Of a stretch of DNA of 64,000 nucleotides, positions 1 to 15,368 are shown one piece after another. The DNA lies in the NCBI RefSeq assembly GCF_009914755.1, contig NC_060926.1; one strand, 5' to 3'. Source of the DNA: the human T2T-CHM13v2.0 reference genome, Homo sapiens. Positions within the stretch are counted from its first letter, which is position 1. Every line of letters begins with the position of its first letter. Made by a program: the position numbers and the translations under genes. The notes under the pieces are model-generated. The model searched no databases. It had not been told where the DNA came from and saw only the letters and a list, made by a program, of their open reading frames with translations.

Positions 1-519
1 TAAATTCTTTGTTTTTTCTAGTGAGTGATCTCTAAGTGGTAAACTCTGTAAGTGTTGGGTGTACAACTTTTTCTTTACTTTGATAGAACTTTTTAGCTAC
101 ATTAAAAATTCCAGGTCGATAATTTATTTCTTCTCAGTATAGTAAGGTGATTACTATATTATTTCCTGGAATCTATGGTGTGGCTAATAACAATTATTCT
201 CTTATTGTAACTAACTGTAACTTCTTGGTAAATATTCTGTCCTTTCTCTCTAAAAGCTTTTATTCCCCAAAATTTAATCACGAAAATTTTAAGCATACAG
301 AAGACTTGGGAGAATTGTACACTAAACATCAATATACTTTCACATAGATTCACAATTAACATTGTATCATTCCTGCTTTATCACTTTTCTATTCATCTAT
401 GCATTTCTCTATCCACTCACTAACCGGTGGTCAAGTTTGAAACATTTCAAGGCTGCAGACGTTAGCACTATTCCCCCTCAACTACGTCAGAATGTATATC
501 ATTAAGTAGAGTTCAATGT

Positions 520-1060
520 ATGTTTAGAGTTCTTTTGTTAAGATAAAATTTACAATGAAATGCACAAGTATTAAGTGTACCATTTGATGAGTTCTTATAA
601 CTGCATTTTTCTGCACCATCAAAATTCTTATCAAGATACAGAACATGATCATCACCCTGGAAAGGTTCCTTACGCCCTTTCTGGTGTATCTCCACCCACT
701 ATCCATCAGGGCAATCACTACTCTTCTTTTTAACTATGATAATTTGGCTTTTAAAAAACTTTATATAAATAAGGTTTTATAGCATATTCTCTTTAGAGTG
801 GGATTTATTTCACACAGCATGTTTTTGAGATTCATCCATATTGTTGGATGTCTCAGTAGTTTGTTCTTTTTCATTGCTAAGTAGTGTACATTATCTGGAT
901 ATACCAAATTTTGTTTATAATTCTCCTATTGATGGACACCTCGAGTTTTTTAAGTTTTTGCTATTATGAAAACTCTGCTGAGTACATTCTTGTAGGAGTC
1001 TTCCTGTTTTTTCGTATCTCCTGCATAAATACCTAGAAACAAAATTGCCGGGATATAGAG
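520..1060 (-). mobile_element. Old L1 (L1MC/ME-type) 3' fragment, antisense
   Basis: Typical antisense L1M 3' motifs (ttttgagattcatccat, tcctattgatggacac, aaatacctag). Boundaries approximate. Confidence 0.65.
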
Positions 1061-1257
1061 TAGATGCATCAGTTCTTTCCCCCAGGACCCATGAAAAGGA
1101 TGGTGCAGAGCAAGCCCAGGTGGATGCTGCACTCATAGGTGTGTGCAGCAGCAGAAGAATGCTTCACTGAGGAAACCTATGGGATTATAAGGGGACCAAT
1201 AGCAAACCTGCCCAAACCTTACCTCTGAGGGAGACATTATCTTTTTAGCTGGAATTT

Positions 1258-1337
1258 AAGCAATTCTCCTCTGGGGATATTAAGCAAATCTCCTCTGGGG
1301 ATCTTAAGCAAATCTCTTCTGGAGGCATCTCCTCTGG
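1258..1337. repeat. ~24-bp tandem repeat, about 3 copies (AAGCAAATCTCCTCTGGGGATCTT-like)
   Basis: Seen directly: aagcaattctcctctggggatatt / aagcaaatctcctctggggatctt / aagcaaatctcttctggaggc. Confidence 0.8.
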
Positions 1338-1637
1338 AAAATTTCTAAGGAGGGAGATGTTCTCTACTTTATACTGGTCAGGGATACATTTGCCCTATAA
1401 TCTGGAGGCTACATGATCTCTAGCTTCCAAGGCCGCTTTGGTATTCAAATATCCTTGAAGTGATACTCTGAGGCACGTAGAAATGCCATGGAGAATGGCC
1501 TCCCAGCAAATTCACCCCACATTTTTGCTTCTGGCAAATTTCCCCATGAAGACACCACCCCATCAGCCACTCTGATTATTCGGACCCATGGGTCCACATC
1601 CATTCAATTTTTTTCCTGCAACATTTAACAAATCTTG

Positions 1638-1779
1638 ACCCAGTGCAGCGGCTCACTCATGTTATCCCAGTACTTTGGGAGGCCAATACAGGAGGATCAC
1701 TTGAGGTCAGGAGTTCAAAAACCAGCCTGGACAACATAGTGAGACCCCGTATCTACACACACACACGTACCCACACACA
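1638..1779 (+). mobile_element. Alu left monomer (FLAM/AluJ-like) with CA-rich tail
   Basis: ggctcac...tcccagtactttgggaggcc...ggatcacttgaggtcaggagttc...gagaccccgt, then (CA)n. Confidence 0.85.
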
Positions 1780-3467
1780 TTTCATAAACTGTAAACGATC
1801 TAGGTCCCTTATGAGCACCTCTAAGGTACAAGTCCTTATGTGAGGGAGGCAAGTTAGTGCCTGGCTTTCATACAAGAAGCACAATCCCAAGGGCACACGT
1901 GGTGCTCCCAGAAGGGAAGTGTATACAATTGTTGGGCTTCCCTGAGTGGGATGTACATTAGTAAGGGAGAAGGTGAACAGTGTCTCTTACGTGGCTCCTG
2001 GCTGGCTGTAAGCCTTGGGGTTCCCAGTTCTGTTTATCCTTGATTTGTTTGTGTGTGGCTGGGGAGAGGGTGGGCATATGGGGGACTGCTTGAGGACAGT
2101 CTGTCCAATCTGTCCTATTTGTCCATGTCACCAACCAGGTGGCAGTCCCCCCTAACAAATGACTGAGAATAGTGGTGGAGACTATGTCTAGAGGGTTCTG
2201 TGTGGGACCTCAGAAGCTGGGCCCAGCCCCTGCCATCTCATGGCTGGTGCAGAGAGGCTGACTCAGCATTCTCAGAGGCGGGAGCGCTGGAGTAGTGTGT
2301 TTTCCTTCTGGACAAAGGATCCTTGGGTTCTTCTGAAAGACAGATATCACCAATGCTCCTGTTTTCTCCCATACCTCTTTAGATGTCTGGATTTTTGCTC
2401 TTGCTTCACTGCTGCAAAATCTGCTATACCATTCCAGTGGCTGTACCTTCATCTTTTGCCCTAATTATCTCCTTTTCTCACTTAGACTTTCCATCTACAA
2501 AATTAGATAGAAGTAGAGGAAAAGCATTTTATAAAATGTGCCTGGAGTTAAATCTGAATCCCTAGGCACTTTGAAGGCCATAGCCACCAGGCTGGTAGGG
2601 GAAAGAATGAGGCATCATCCCTAGGAATGACCAGGGTCACAACAGAATCCTGAATTTTCAAGATAGGTCTACAGAACACTCGCAATCCCCACCACTTTTG
2701 TCCTGGTCACTATCCAGGAAGGAGATGATCCCTTTCTGGAGATTGCTCCCTTCAATGAGCCTACTGCCCTCCCATAGTGTGCGGACAGGAGGAGATGAGG
2801 GACAGTCAGAAAATCAGTGCACTGTGGAGTCACTTTTCTGATAAAGGGCACGTCAGACTGCAAATGGCCCAGATGGCCAGTTTGAGGACACTGATGAGTT
2901 TCTGGGGTCACCATAGCGTTCCTGGAGTCAGCTGCTCTGCAGCCTGAAGGAGGGCTGACAGTGTGGAGGCAGTGCTGAGATTATTTAAGGAAACTATATA
3001 GAAATTCTATAATGATTATGTAATTACATAATGAAAACTCTCCATATCAGAGTTCAGAATATCTCCCAATTTCCAACACAGAATATTATCCATAACACCA
3101 TCAACCTCAAGGAGGATGTCCTCTCATTGCACATTTGAATTTACACAACAAACACTTGAAAAAGCAACATGAAACAGCAGTTATCATTCACTTTAAGGTG
3201 CCAGCAAGAGTTAATTTTCCATTAAAAATTTTGTTCAAAGGAACGTCATCTCCTGTAGTCTCTCCCAAGCCCATGGCCCAAGGCTCATGCAGAGGTAAAA
3301 TATAACTCTGTACTCAACCTCCACGCTGCTACACTGATCATAAAGTATTTTGCCCCATTCCTGCGGACCAAAGTATGAAAAAAAATCTTTAATACTATTG
3401 GCATATAAAACTCAGAGAATTATATTTATACCTCTGCATAATTAACTTTATTCTCTTTGGTTTGAAG

Positions 3468-3533
3468 GAAAAAAGAGGGGGCATGGCTGGAGCAGAATGA
3501 GAATGAGAAGGCAGAAAAACAGCCAACAAAATG
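3468..3533 (+). CDS. SP140: SP140 internal exon (66 bp), (R)KKRGHGWSRMRMRRQKNSQQN(D), basic NLS-like
   Basis: Acceptor tttgaag|GA, donor ATG|gtaagc, phase 1-1. Joins in frame to the next exon. Peptide recognised as SP140. Confidence 0.93.
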
Positions 3534-4602
3534 GTAAGCAGGCAAAGTGAAGTAGTTACAGCTTTTGAGTTTATTAGGGCACTGTCCATTGTATTCTGGA
3601 AGGCCTGCAGTTCCCCAGAGCCAGAGTTCTATACCTCCTGTATCCATTAGGATGTAGACTAACAGGCTGTGACAAAGAGGCCTGAGAATGCAATGGCTTC
3701 AACAAAATGGTTTCTAATGCATGTAATAGTCCAGAGGCCCACAGTTAATAGGGAGGTGTTATCATCCTCAGTATGACTTTCTTTCCTAGCTCAAAGTATT
3801 TTTATTAATTTGGAAAGACATTCCTAAGAGGGCTAAATGAAGAAATCAGGGTGTATGTGTATGTGTGCACAATAGTAAACATACATATATGTATAACCAT
3901 ATTTTATGTGAAATTCATACTTGTGAAGTATATTTTTATGTATCCTGATATACACATATGTAATTATTTATCTGTACATATAAAAAGACATAAATATAGA
4001 AAAATAGATGGCAGTTCATTCATAAAAATATATGCAGTGGTTACATTTGGTCAGTGTAATAGAGGTGATGTTTATATATTTTTATCTGTGGTTTTTAAAT
4101 GTATGTGTATATATTAAAATATTATAAATCTTCAACATTTTTAATGAAAAAGTGTTATTCAAAAAGTAACATATGCAAAAAGAAAAGACTAGGAGAATAT
4201 TTTTGCACAAATCATCATCTGGAGATAGCCATCCTCATCTGTGGCTATCTCCAATGGTGATGTTTCATATCATTTTATTTTCTGAATTTCCTGTAAATAT
4301 ATTTATTCTTTATAATCAGGCCCCTGAAATTTTCAAAATTTATTTTAGCCATGGTCTGAGGACTTCCATTCTTCTAGACGATGAAGGCTAAGTCTCATTT
4401 TCTAAATGATTGTCAATTTTGAATCAGTGGATCTAAATAGTAAGATTTTAGAGTCCTATTGAAAGTTATTAATTTTTACCAATCTTGCCAGTTGATGTGG
4501 CTTCCTGGTTGGTGGATGTGACAGCTTTGTTTGGAAAGAAAAAAAAGTGGCTGCGTGCATTTTAAGAATGGCTGTTTTCAAATTGAAAATTTGTTTGGAC
4601 TC

Positions 4603-4660
4603 AATCATTATAACATTTTCATTTAAGTCTGAATCATTATAACATTCTCATTTAAGTCTG
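4603..4660. repeat. 29-bp direct tandem duplication
   Basis: aatcattataacattttcatttaagtctg / aatcattataacattctcatttaagtctg (1 mismatch). Confidence 0.9.
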
Positions 4661-4848
4661 TGTGTATGTAGACAAATTCTAAGAGACTTCAATGTGCAAT
4701 TAAATCCTGTGTGTAACTTAAAAGTCGACACTCCCAAAAGCAAAAAATGCTCTGGACACCTGCTCGAGGGGATCCAGAATGAGACCCAGGACTCCCTCAC
4801 TTGCGTTTGTTCCTGCCTGACAGCTGTTGTTCTGCCCAGTTCTATTAA

Positions 4849-5037
<189 letters not shown>

Positions 5038-6991
5038 TAATTGTTTACTCATCAAGCTTAGTCAATTGGAGAGCAGTGAAATCTAAAAGAGCAAACTCAT
5101 TATAAGCAGGGGTTGTAAGTTGATTGTATTCATATCATAGATCTTATCTGCCCAGTTTCTAAAATAGTTTTCCTCTGTGTTTTATCTCATTTTCCTGGAA
5201 ATTCCTTTGCCTCAAATCATTGTTTTATTAAAATGGCTGGACCTGGTAAATTGTAAGCCGAATACAGGTTTATTCTCTCACTGCCCTTTCAAGTCCTCCT
5301 CCTAGATGAGTTCTTTCCTGTCTTGAGCAAGCTCTGTCGCTTTCTTGTTCCCTTTTAAAAACAGTAAGAGTCTCATTTCAGTAGTTGGGACCTTTCTGAC
5401 CTAGTATTAAACTACAATGTCTTCCCCAGTTTAAAGCACCTTCGCTTCTTCAGCCTAGGCAAGCCTTAGTCTGGAACACATATAGTTGGGGGTGACATGG
5501 TCAGTGTCTTCTCTTATTCTGTCTTGGCCCTACCCCCACTCCATAGCTGTTGGCTTGGTCCCATCCAGGATTGGGGAGGTGAGAGAGATGGGTGAGATCA
5601 GAGTGTGGAAGTGTCTTGCCTGACAGGTGCAGCCGTGAAATGACATTGCAAGTGGTTGATGCACAATCACTAGCTCTTTCTTCCATGAGATGCTTTCATC
5701 AAGTCCACTGCAAGGGAAGGGGAGGGGTCAGGCATCACAGCTTGACTTATTTTGAAAGAAATAGAGCTTTACTTCTACAACCTGGATGTGAGTGAAGGGC
5801 TGAACCTGGCATAATCAGTTCCACCAACTCTTTCTAAGGTTACATATGTGGCCTGGTGCATTGTCCTAGGATGCGGGTGCTCAACTCAACCTACTTGCTT
5901 GGGACTTTCTCAATTTTCCCAATGAAACTCTCATTTCCAAGCCATAGGTCCACTTTGGGTCTGATTGGTCCTTTTTACTTTGGTGGCCTAATATGCTCAT
6001 GATATGCTTAGAACTTATAGTACTTAGGAATGCATAGGCTGGAAAATATTTCCTCATGGGCCTACATGACCCTGATCAGCACCCCCAGATGGTGGTCATT
6101 GGATGGTGGACATCCAGCACAAGAAGGAAGGAACATTTTGCTTTCCTGCCTTGGAAAATAAAACACATTTGGACAATAGTAAACATTGAGATGCCCATTC
6201 ACAGCCAATTAACATGCACTTGGGAGAATATCATCGGCTGCAGTGTCTGCCATGTCAATCCTTAATTACTATTCGGAATGAAGGCTGCGGAAATCTCAAT
6301 TCTACCCATTCCTCATGGTTAACCTTCTTCTGATTAGTTTCTTAGATCCTAATATTTATTTTGTCCAAAGCCATGTGGACAAAGCCCTGGTCACATTTAC
6401 TATTACTTTCAGCACGAGGGTACAAATATCTTCCCCCAATGTGACATGTGCAGCATACATCTCACCTATGGGACACCTAATAGGGTTTCCCTTAAGTCAC
6501 AGAACTGTCATTTATTTGTGTCTCTGCTGAGAGAAACTGAAACGCCTTCACTTAATTTTGTAGTTTTGTCTCAATTTTCTCTGAATATTTTAGTTTCTGT
6601 AATGACGGTAATCATCATTTTGATCTTGCAAAGATTAAATAAATTAATGGATATGTAAGTGTTTAATGTGTATTATATGTCATATATATTTCAAATATAT
6701 ATGTTTGGAATGAAATATGAAATGAACCTTCAAAATATGGAATGAAGCATTTATACTTTTGCTTGAGATATACGTGAAATACTGATTTCAATTAGTTTTT
6801 TTCCTAACATAAGAATAGGAAAATGAAATATAAAGTGAACCTAACATTAGCTATCTAATTCTTCATACCTTAAAGGCTAGGGTTTAAATCTTTTTATTTA
6901 TACATTAAACAGGCTTTTGGAAAGTTACATTTAAATGGAATTTTTGAAAAGCTGTAATATGTGTAATACAGCTGCTCATAAATGACTGTGA

Positions 6992-7189
<198 letters not shown>

Positions 7190-7574
7190 TGAAGCTGTAC
7201 TAACTAGTGAGAAATGTATCCTATTTAGTCATTTTCCAAAATGTGTCAAGGAAAGAAGGAAGTAAGTTGGTGATGGATCTACAACCAGATCCCAGGGGCC
7301 CAGGGGCCACTAAAGTGCTACTTTCACTGAAATGATAAATTTCAAGGCTGGAGATAGTTCATTGCCGTATAAAGGGTATAACCCATAAGTGATTTAACTG
7401 ACCTTCCTCTGACTACTCAGAAAGCCACAGGTTGCACACTAAGGGTGAAAAAGAGTTGTGGTTAGAGATCTGTGTCCTAAGACTTTCTTTTTCTTTGTGT
7501 GGGCTTAGGCTGATCATTTGACTTTCTTTGTCTCAGTTTTCTCATCTGGAAAGCAAGAGCATGAATTAGGCCAA

Positions 7575-7577
<3 letters not shown>

Positions 7578-7637
<60 letters not shown>

Positions 7638-7640
7638 TTT
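7578..7640. repeat. (TTTC)n microsatellite derived from an L1 poly(A) tail
   Basis: Pure tetranucleotide run directly abutting the 3' end of an antisense L1. Confidence 0.95.
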
Positions 7641-8525
7641 TTATTCTTTAAGATCTGAGATACACGTGTAGAATGTGCAGGTTCTACAACCCATCATCTA
7701 CATTAGGTATTTCTCCTAATGCTATCCTTCCCCTAACCCCCAAATCCCGACAGGCCCCGGTGTGTGATGTTCTGTCCCTGTGTCCATGTGTCCTTATTGT
7801 TCGACTTCCACTTATGAGTGAGAGCATGTGATGTTTGGTTTTCTGTTCCTGTGTTAGTTTGCCCAGAATGATGGTTTCCAGCTTCATCCATGTCCCTGTA
7901 AAGGACAGGAACTCATTCTTTTTCATGGCTGCATAGTATTTCATGGTGTATATGTGCCACATTTTCTTTATCCAGTCTATCATTGATGGACATTTGGGCT
8001 GGTTCCTAGTCTTTGCTATTGTGAACACTGCTGCAATAAACACACGTGTGTGTGTCTTTATAGTAGACTGATTTATAATCCTTTGGGTATATATCCAGTA
8101 ATGGGACTGCTGGGTCAAATGGTATTTCTGGTTCTAGATCCTTGAGGAATCGCCACACTGTCTTCCATAACGGTTGAACTAATTTACACTGCAACCAACA
8201 GTGTTAAAGCTTACCTATTTCTCCACATCCTCTTCAGCATCTGTTGTTTCCTGACTTTTTAATGATTGCCATTCTAACTGGCGTGAGATGGTATCTCATT
8301 GTGGTTTTGATTTGCATTTCTCTAATGACCAGTGATGATGAGCTTTTATTCATGTTTGTTGGCCAGATAAGTGTCTTCTTTTAAGAAGTGTCTGTTCATA
8401 TCCTTTGCCCACTTTTTGATGGGGTTGTTTTTTTCTTGTAAATTTGTTTTAAGTTTCTTGTAGATTCTGGATATTAGCCCTTTGTCAGATAGATAGACTG
8501 CAAAAATTTTCTTTCATTCTGTAGG
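7641..8525 (-). mobile_element. 5'-truncated L1PA (ORF2 C-terminus + 3' UTR)
   Basis: Minus-strand ORF peptides match the L1 ORF2 end (QPKCPSMIDWIKKMWHIYTM). Target-site duplication TAGGCCAAC[T/C]ATCTTTCTT at 7567 and 8526. Confidence 0.95.
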
Positions 8526-8627
8526 TAGGCCAACCATCTTTCTTATTAGTCCATCCTGGTCCTAATAGTCTGCCTTTCTAAAAATTTGTCTCAGGACCAA
8601 GGACAGCTCCCCCGTTTATCATGACTT

Positions 8628-8967
<340 letters not shown>

Positions 8968-9545
8968 TGAAATCAGGTCTCCAGTCCCCCACCTGCAACC
9001 CCATATAATTTTCAGATTATTCTAGAGCTCCCTGAGCTCTTCTCTTAGCTACGGGGAAAGCAGACAGGACAGAGAAATGAACTAAAGGAGAGAACAAAAA
9101 TAGAAGGCAGACATCATCTCCATTAGGTTATCCCATCATTACCCTCTCCCTGCTTGCCCCGTCAGTGCTCAAATGGGGAGACTGAATATGATCTCTGGAG
9201 TCATCTAAGGCTACCCACCTGCAGCAAAACAGCATAGCTGGAGAGCTTCTGTCAGAACAGTGACAGCAACTGTGTTTCATTGTCATATAAGAATCAGTGG
9301 AGCTTACGAGATTAGGAGTTAAACCAGTTTTACTGAAGTCTAATTTCTCTGCTAAAGCATTCTATTTTGTATGAAATTTGAAAGGTGAAATTGGGGTAGA
9401 CATTCTGTAATTATGTATCAAAAATGCCACTTGGAAGAAAGACTTTGAAACTCTAGAGGGTTTTGGAATAGAATTTCCTAAGTATCCCTCGTGTCTTTAT
9501 AGGAATTACCTCAGTAGGGAGGGGGGACGTGCCTTTGCAAAGTGA

Positions 9546-9698
<153 letters not shown>

Positions 9699-10039
9699 TA
9701 ATTTGCAGCTCCTATCTGAAGGCATCACAAGTAGTGGGGAATTATCATGTGAATTACACATCATTCAAGGAGTTTGGTCCCAGTTTGGCTTGAGGGAAGG
9801 AGGAAGGGATTACTAAGATGACGTTTACAGACTTTAAGAAATCGCAACCACCAGATGCTCACTTGCACATGGAATGTCCAGAGGGTGCCCAAAGAACCAA
9901 AGAGAAGGCAGGAACATCAATTCACAGATGAAAAATGTCACGTATTTTACTTTGAATCAGACAGAAAAATGAAGAGGCCCTCAACCTCGACCTTCATATT
10001 CTCTCTCCCTTCTGGAGTGCCATCACCAGGGCAGGGTGC

Positions 10040-10245
10040 TTGGTATAGGGAGATGATCACAGAATTTGGGATCAGAAAGCCTGAGTTCCAGCCTTTGCTG
10101 TTTCAGGAGTGACTGTTCCATTCTGAGTAGAGAAGGGAACCTTTCTGAACCTGAAATGTCTCATCCAAGAGAGGGAACAATAATGAAAAACCTGCCTCAT
10201 GATGTAGCTGTGAGAATTAATTTGCATATTGATGTAAAATATGTA
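10040..10245 (+). mobile_element. MIR SINE fragment
   Basis: tcagaaagcctgagttccagcc ... gtctcatc ... gtgagaattaa core-like motifs. Confidence 0.5.
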
Positions 10246-10379
10246 AATTTACATGTTTTTACTGTAAATTATAAAACTTTGCCAAAAAATGTCTATTAGA
10301 ATGGCCATCATCTCAGACCAATCTTAATATGACTCTTTGGATGTCAATTAACAGAAATGTTTGCATTGTGACTATTTCT

Positions 10380-11150
10380 AAACAGCTTTACTGAGATATA
10401 GTTCACATATCATACAACTCACCACTTAGAGTGTACAAATCAACTTTTTTTTGTATAGTCACAGAATTGTACAGCCATCATTATCCTCTAATTTTGGAAC
10501 AATTTGTTCCCCACTGAAAGAAAAGCCCATGTCAATTAGCAGTCAGTGCCTATTCCCACCTAAGCAGCCACTAATCTATTTTCTGCTCTATAAGTTTGCC
10601 TACTGTAGGCTTTCTAGAAGTGGAATCCTATAATACATGCCCTTTCCTGACTGCCTTCATTCACTAATTGTGATATTTTCAAAGTTCATCCACAATGAAT
10701 GTATTAGTATTTCATTTCTTTTATTGACAAATAATATATGTCATTGTATAGATATACCACACTTTGTTTATAAACTCATCATTTGGAACTATTTCCACTC
10801 TTTGGCTATTATAAATAATGCTGTTCTGAACATTTGTGTAACAAGTTTTGTGTGAACATATTTCAGTTCTTTTGGGTATATAGTCAAGAGAGGAATGACT
10901 ACATCGTATGGTAATTCTATGTTTAATTTATTGAGGAATCACCAAAGTGTTTCCACAGTGGCTGCACTATTCTGTATTCCTACCAGCAATGTATGAAGGC
11001 TCCAATTTCTCTACATGCTCACCAACTTTGTTATCGTCTGTCTGTCTTTTTTTATTACAGTCATACTGTCATCCTAGTGGGTATGACATGGTATCTCATT
11101 TTGGTTTTGGTTTGTGTTTCCTTAATGGCTAATGGTGTTGAGCATGTGAC
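10380..11150 (-). mobile_element. L1MB-type 3' fragment, antisense
   Basis: aacagctttactgagatatagttcacatatcataca ... ttggctattataaataatgctg ... atggtatctcatt. Confidence 0.8.
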
Positions 11151-11626
11151 TATCTTTTACATATAAATTAAATTTTTTATCAGATAACATTTCACAATTA
11201 GTTTTTTAATATCAGCTACCTGTGATTGCAGGGATATGAAAATTTCTGTTTAATAATGCCACTAGACTGCATAAAACATGTTATAATTGAGAGTGCAGAT
11301 GTTGCGGGAGTGACCCCCTGAGCCACAGGGCACCCATCTGAGACCGTAGCCCCAAGTTGAGGATTCTGCCTCCAACATTGCCCTCACAGCCATCTGGAGA
11401 CTCAGGCCTGGCCTCTACTTCCAAATTTGAATAGCAAGTTGGAGTCCTCTCATCTTTCAGAATCACTTGCTTTTCCTTCTGTAAGTGCTTTTGAAATGCT
11501 TAAAAGGTTGCTCTTGATGATAACCATCACTCTCCTCATGGATGAAGGTCAAAGAAATGTGCACCCCCACCAGGAAATATCCTTAGAGGGGATTTTCAGG
11601 CTGGATTTGGGGCCTCTGTAGTCTGA

Positions 11627-11911
<285 letters not shown>

Positions 11912-12409
11912 TGACAAGGGGCCAGACCTGTGTTCCTTCTTGTTCCCTAATAATGAGGAGACTGTTTATTCACCAAATATTTGTTAGGTTATAGCTAAAG
12001 CCTTGATGCCAGTGGGTTTATCCTCTCACTCAGGAGAGAGGGACCCCACATTCATAACCACACTACAGTGCAACACATTGACGTTGTACCAGGGGCTCCG
12101 TCAGGATAGACTCAGCAGCTTGGAGGAGGAAAGGGTCATTCTGACTAGGGTGCATGCAGACAGCTTTGTGCACTGAAAGAAAGAAGGGAGTTGACAGTCA
12201 AGCAGTGGAAGAAGACACTTCAGAGAAAGAATGGCATAAAAGCCAGAATGCCATGAAAACCAGAACCATGGCAAAAGTAGCTCTGTGGATTTAGGTAGCA
12301 CAGGTTGTGTGCAATTAGGTATAATTTAACAATTGGGGCAGGTTGTGCAGGGCTTTAATGCCAGGCTAAGGAGTTTAAACCTGTAATTGAGATAACAAGG
12401 ATTCAGTGA

Positions 12410-12763
<354 letters not shown>

Positions 12764-13384
12764 TAGACAGCCACGGGGCTTTCCCCCTAGCAAACCTATA
12801 CTCAATCTAGAATGCTCAGTTCAAGTGTTACCCCTTCCTGAATGTTCATTGATTGACCTGTCATGGGCCATTGACCAGGCCTTCCCAGGGCTCCTGAGCC
12901 CTCTACTAAGGCCTTTCATTCACTGTTTTATATTTATTATTTTGTGAGTGCTTTTTGTCCGTAGACTCCTTTAGGTTGTCCCATCTTCATGTGCCCAAGA
13001 TTGATCAGAATTACTGATACCCAGTAGCAGGCAATGTGTGTGCTGCTTGGATAGCTCTGGTGTAAGGACTCCAGCTGGAGTGGCACTGGTGGGACTGGAA
13101 GAGAGGTGATAGGTGGTATGAGATTGTGAAGGAAAACCTCTTAGGACTTAGGAAAGAAGCACAAGAGAAGGGAAAATGGTCCTGAAGATGCTTTTCTGGC
13201 TTCTATTGATTGAAGTCTAGAAGAAGCACAGGTGAAGACAGGGAGATGGTTTCTCATTAGACACCTTGGATTTGAGCTGGCAGTGGAACACTCAGGTAGA
13301 AATATTTGGGAGGAGGTTGGAAATGCCAGACTCACAAAACGGAAACACAGGCTGACCATATACCTGAATCTTTTTGTCTTTCAG

Positions 13385-13432
13385 AATGGATTTCTGCCTG
13401 ATCCTCCAAGAATACGTTACAGGAAAAAAAAG
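13385..13432 (+). CDS. SP140: SP140 exon (48 bp), NGFLPDPPRIRYRKKK
   Basis: ctttcag|AAT ... AAG|gtgatt, phase 0-0. Confidence 0.94.
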
Positions 13433-15070
13433 GTGATTATTACATAGCTTTATACAGCTTCTTGTCACATAACTGATTTAGCATGCACAAAATCTTATTT
13501 TATGGGGTCTGAAATTGGGTAGGAATAATTAAGCTTTCACCTTCTTCACTACTCACCTTAAAATACTTTTTGCATGTATTCCTTCAGAGTCGCTAATTTG
13601 AACACTAAATGTATATAAAGCTAGGTCCTGTTTGGATTCAACCATTTCATATGAAGATGATAAGGAGCCATCAGAATATACGTCCTGGGAGTGTTTTAGC
13701 AATAGATGCAGATGTCTTAAGAGTGTCCAAGTTGGAAAGTCAAGCATGGTCATGGGATACATAAAAATATTTCATAGTAAGGTGAGAGGATCACCTTCAA
13801 CTCAAAATTCAGATTTTTTTCATTGAAGTTACTATTTTCTAACTTTAGTGAAATAGGATGGAGCAGATATTTGCTCACATCCATTTTAGACATGCATGAA
13901 ACCATATATCATTTAATGAAATCGGCAACAAAAAGAATATTTCTTTTCTGATCCTTCACATTCTCTTTCACCTTCCAAAAAAATGTACACACAGACACAC
14001 AGAATGTCTTCTCAAGGTGAAATTATTTCCTGTTACCACAATGGTGCCACTGAGGAGGAAGATCTCCAGAGGCAAATGTATTTTATAGGAGGGGCTGACC
14101 AGGAAAATCTTTTATGTTGATGCCACCTCTTTGGCTCTACCAGAGGGACTGTGCAGACCTGCTTTTTATCTGTGAAAGTGATTTTTCCCTCTCTTGAAGA
14201 ATGCAACAAACAAATAGGTTAAGTGCAGTGTATATTCAGGACAAGGTGATGGTTTTTCCAAGACTGGGTATGAATGAGAACCTGAGGAGGGGGAAGAGAA
14301 AAATGTCATCCTTATGCACTTCAGGTAGAAATACGCATTCAAGACATTCACAGACTTCTAAAACAGCTCACACATAGCTAGCCACTAAGCTTCATATTCC
14401 ACTGGGAACCTGAGATGCAGGCCTTTACATTATCTGATATACTGGCTGATTTGAATTTTCAGCCACTGAGACATTTCATCCACTGGGTTTCCCGAAGGGA
14501 AACTATGATGTCACCTATTCAGTGACTACACTAAAGACCAGCATCTCTACCTTTCACCGGGTGCCAAGAGTAACTGAGTCTGGATGACCCAAATGAGCTG
14601 GCAATTTCCGACTAACCGACTCTCCCTCTATTCTGGGGTGCAAAACTTAGCAGCGACAAGGTGCAGTTGCCTCTATATGTTGTGTCTCCTCATGGGGGAG
14701 AACAGAAGGTCCCTTAAGTGGCAGATCCAGGATCCATTATGAACTCCATGGGTCCTCTGTGCCTCTCAGAGCTTCTCTTACTTGCAGAGCCATTTGGCTT
14801 TAGGAAATTTCAGTGTCACTATGAGTGCCACATGATAGCATCTCTGCTCATGACAAGGGCCACATAGACCTTTTGGTGGCACCTGAGATATTGTAAAGCA
14901 ATCTGATATACTCACCCAGAATAATTGTTGTATGCTAATGTTTGCTTAAGAGCCTCCAGTGATTTCTAAGTGAATCAACATTCATTTATTCACCCACTCA
15001 ACATATAATTATCAAGCACACACTAAATGCCAATGGACATTACAGAAGATTGACCTCAAAAATTATTTCA

Positions 15071-15368
15071 GGCCAAACATGGTCACTTGAGCCTATAATG
15101 CCAGCATTTTGAGAGGCTGAGATGGGAGAATCATTGGAGCCCAGGAATTTGAGACCAACCTGAGCAACATAGTGAGATACCATCTCTACCAAAAAAAAAA
15201 AAAAATTACCCAGACATTGTGGTGTACACCTGTAGTCCCACCTACTCAGGAGACTGAGGTGGGAAGATCACTTGAGCCTGAAAGGTCAAAGCTGTACTGG
15301 GCTGTGATTTCATCATAGCACTCCAGCCTAGGTGACTGAGTGAGACTCTGTCTCAAAAAATAAAAAAA
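15071..15368 (+). mobile_element. AluJ element
   Basis: ggccaaacatgg ... central A-linker ... gagactctgtctcaaaaaa. Diverged, AluJ-like (ttgagcc). Confidence 0.92.
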
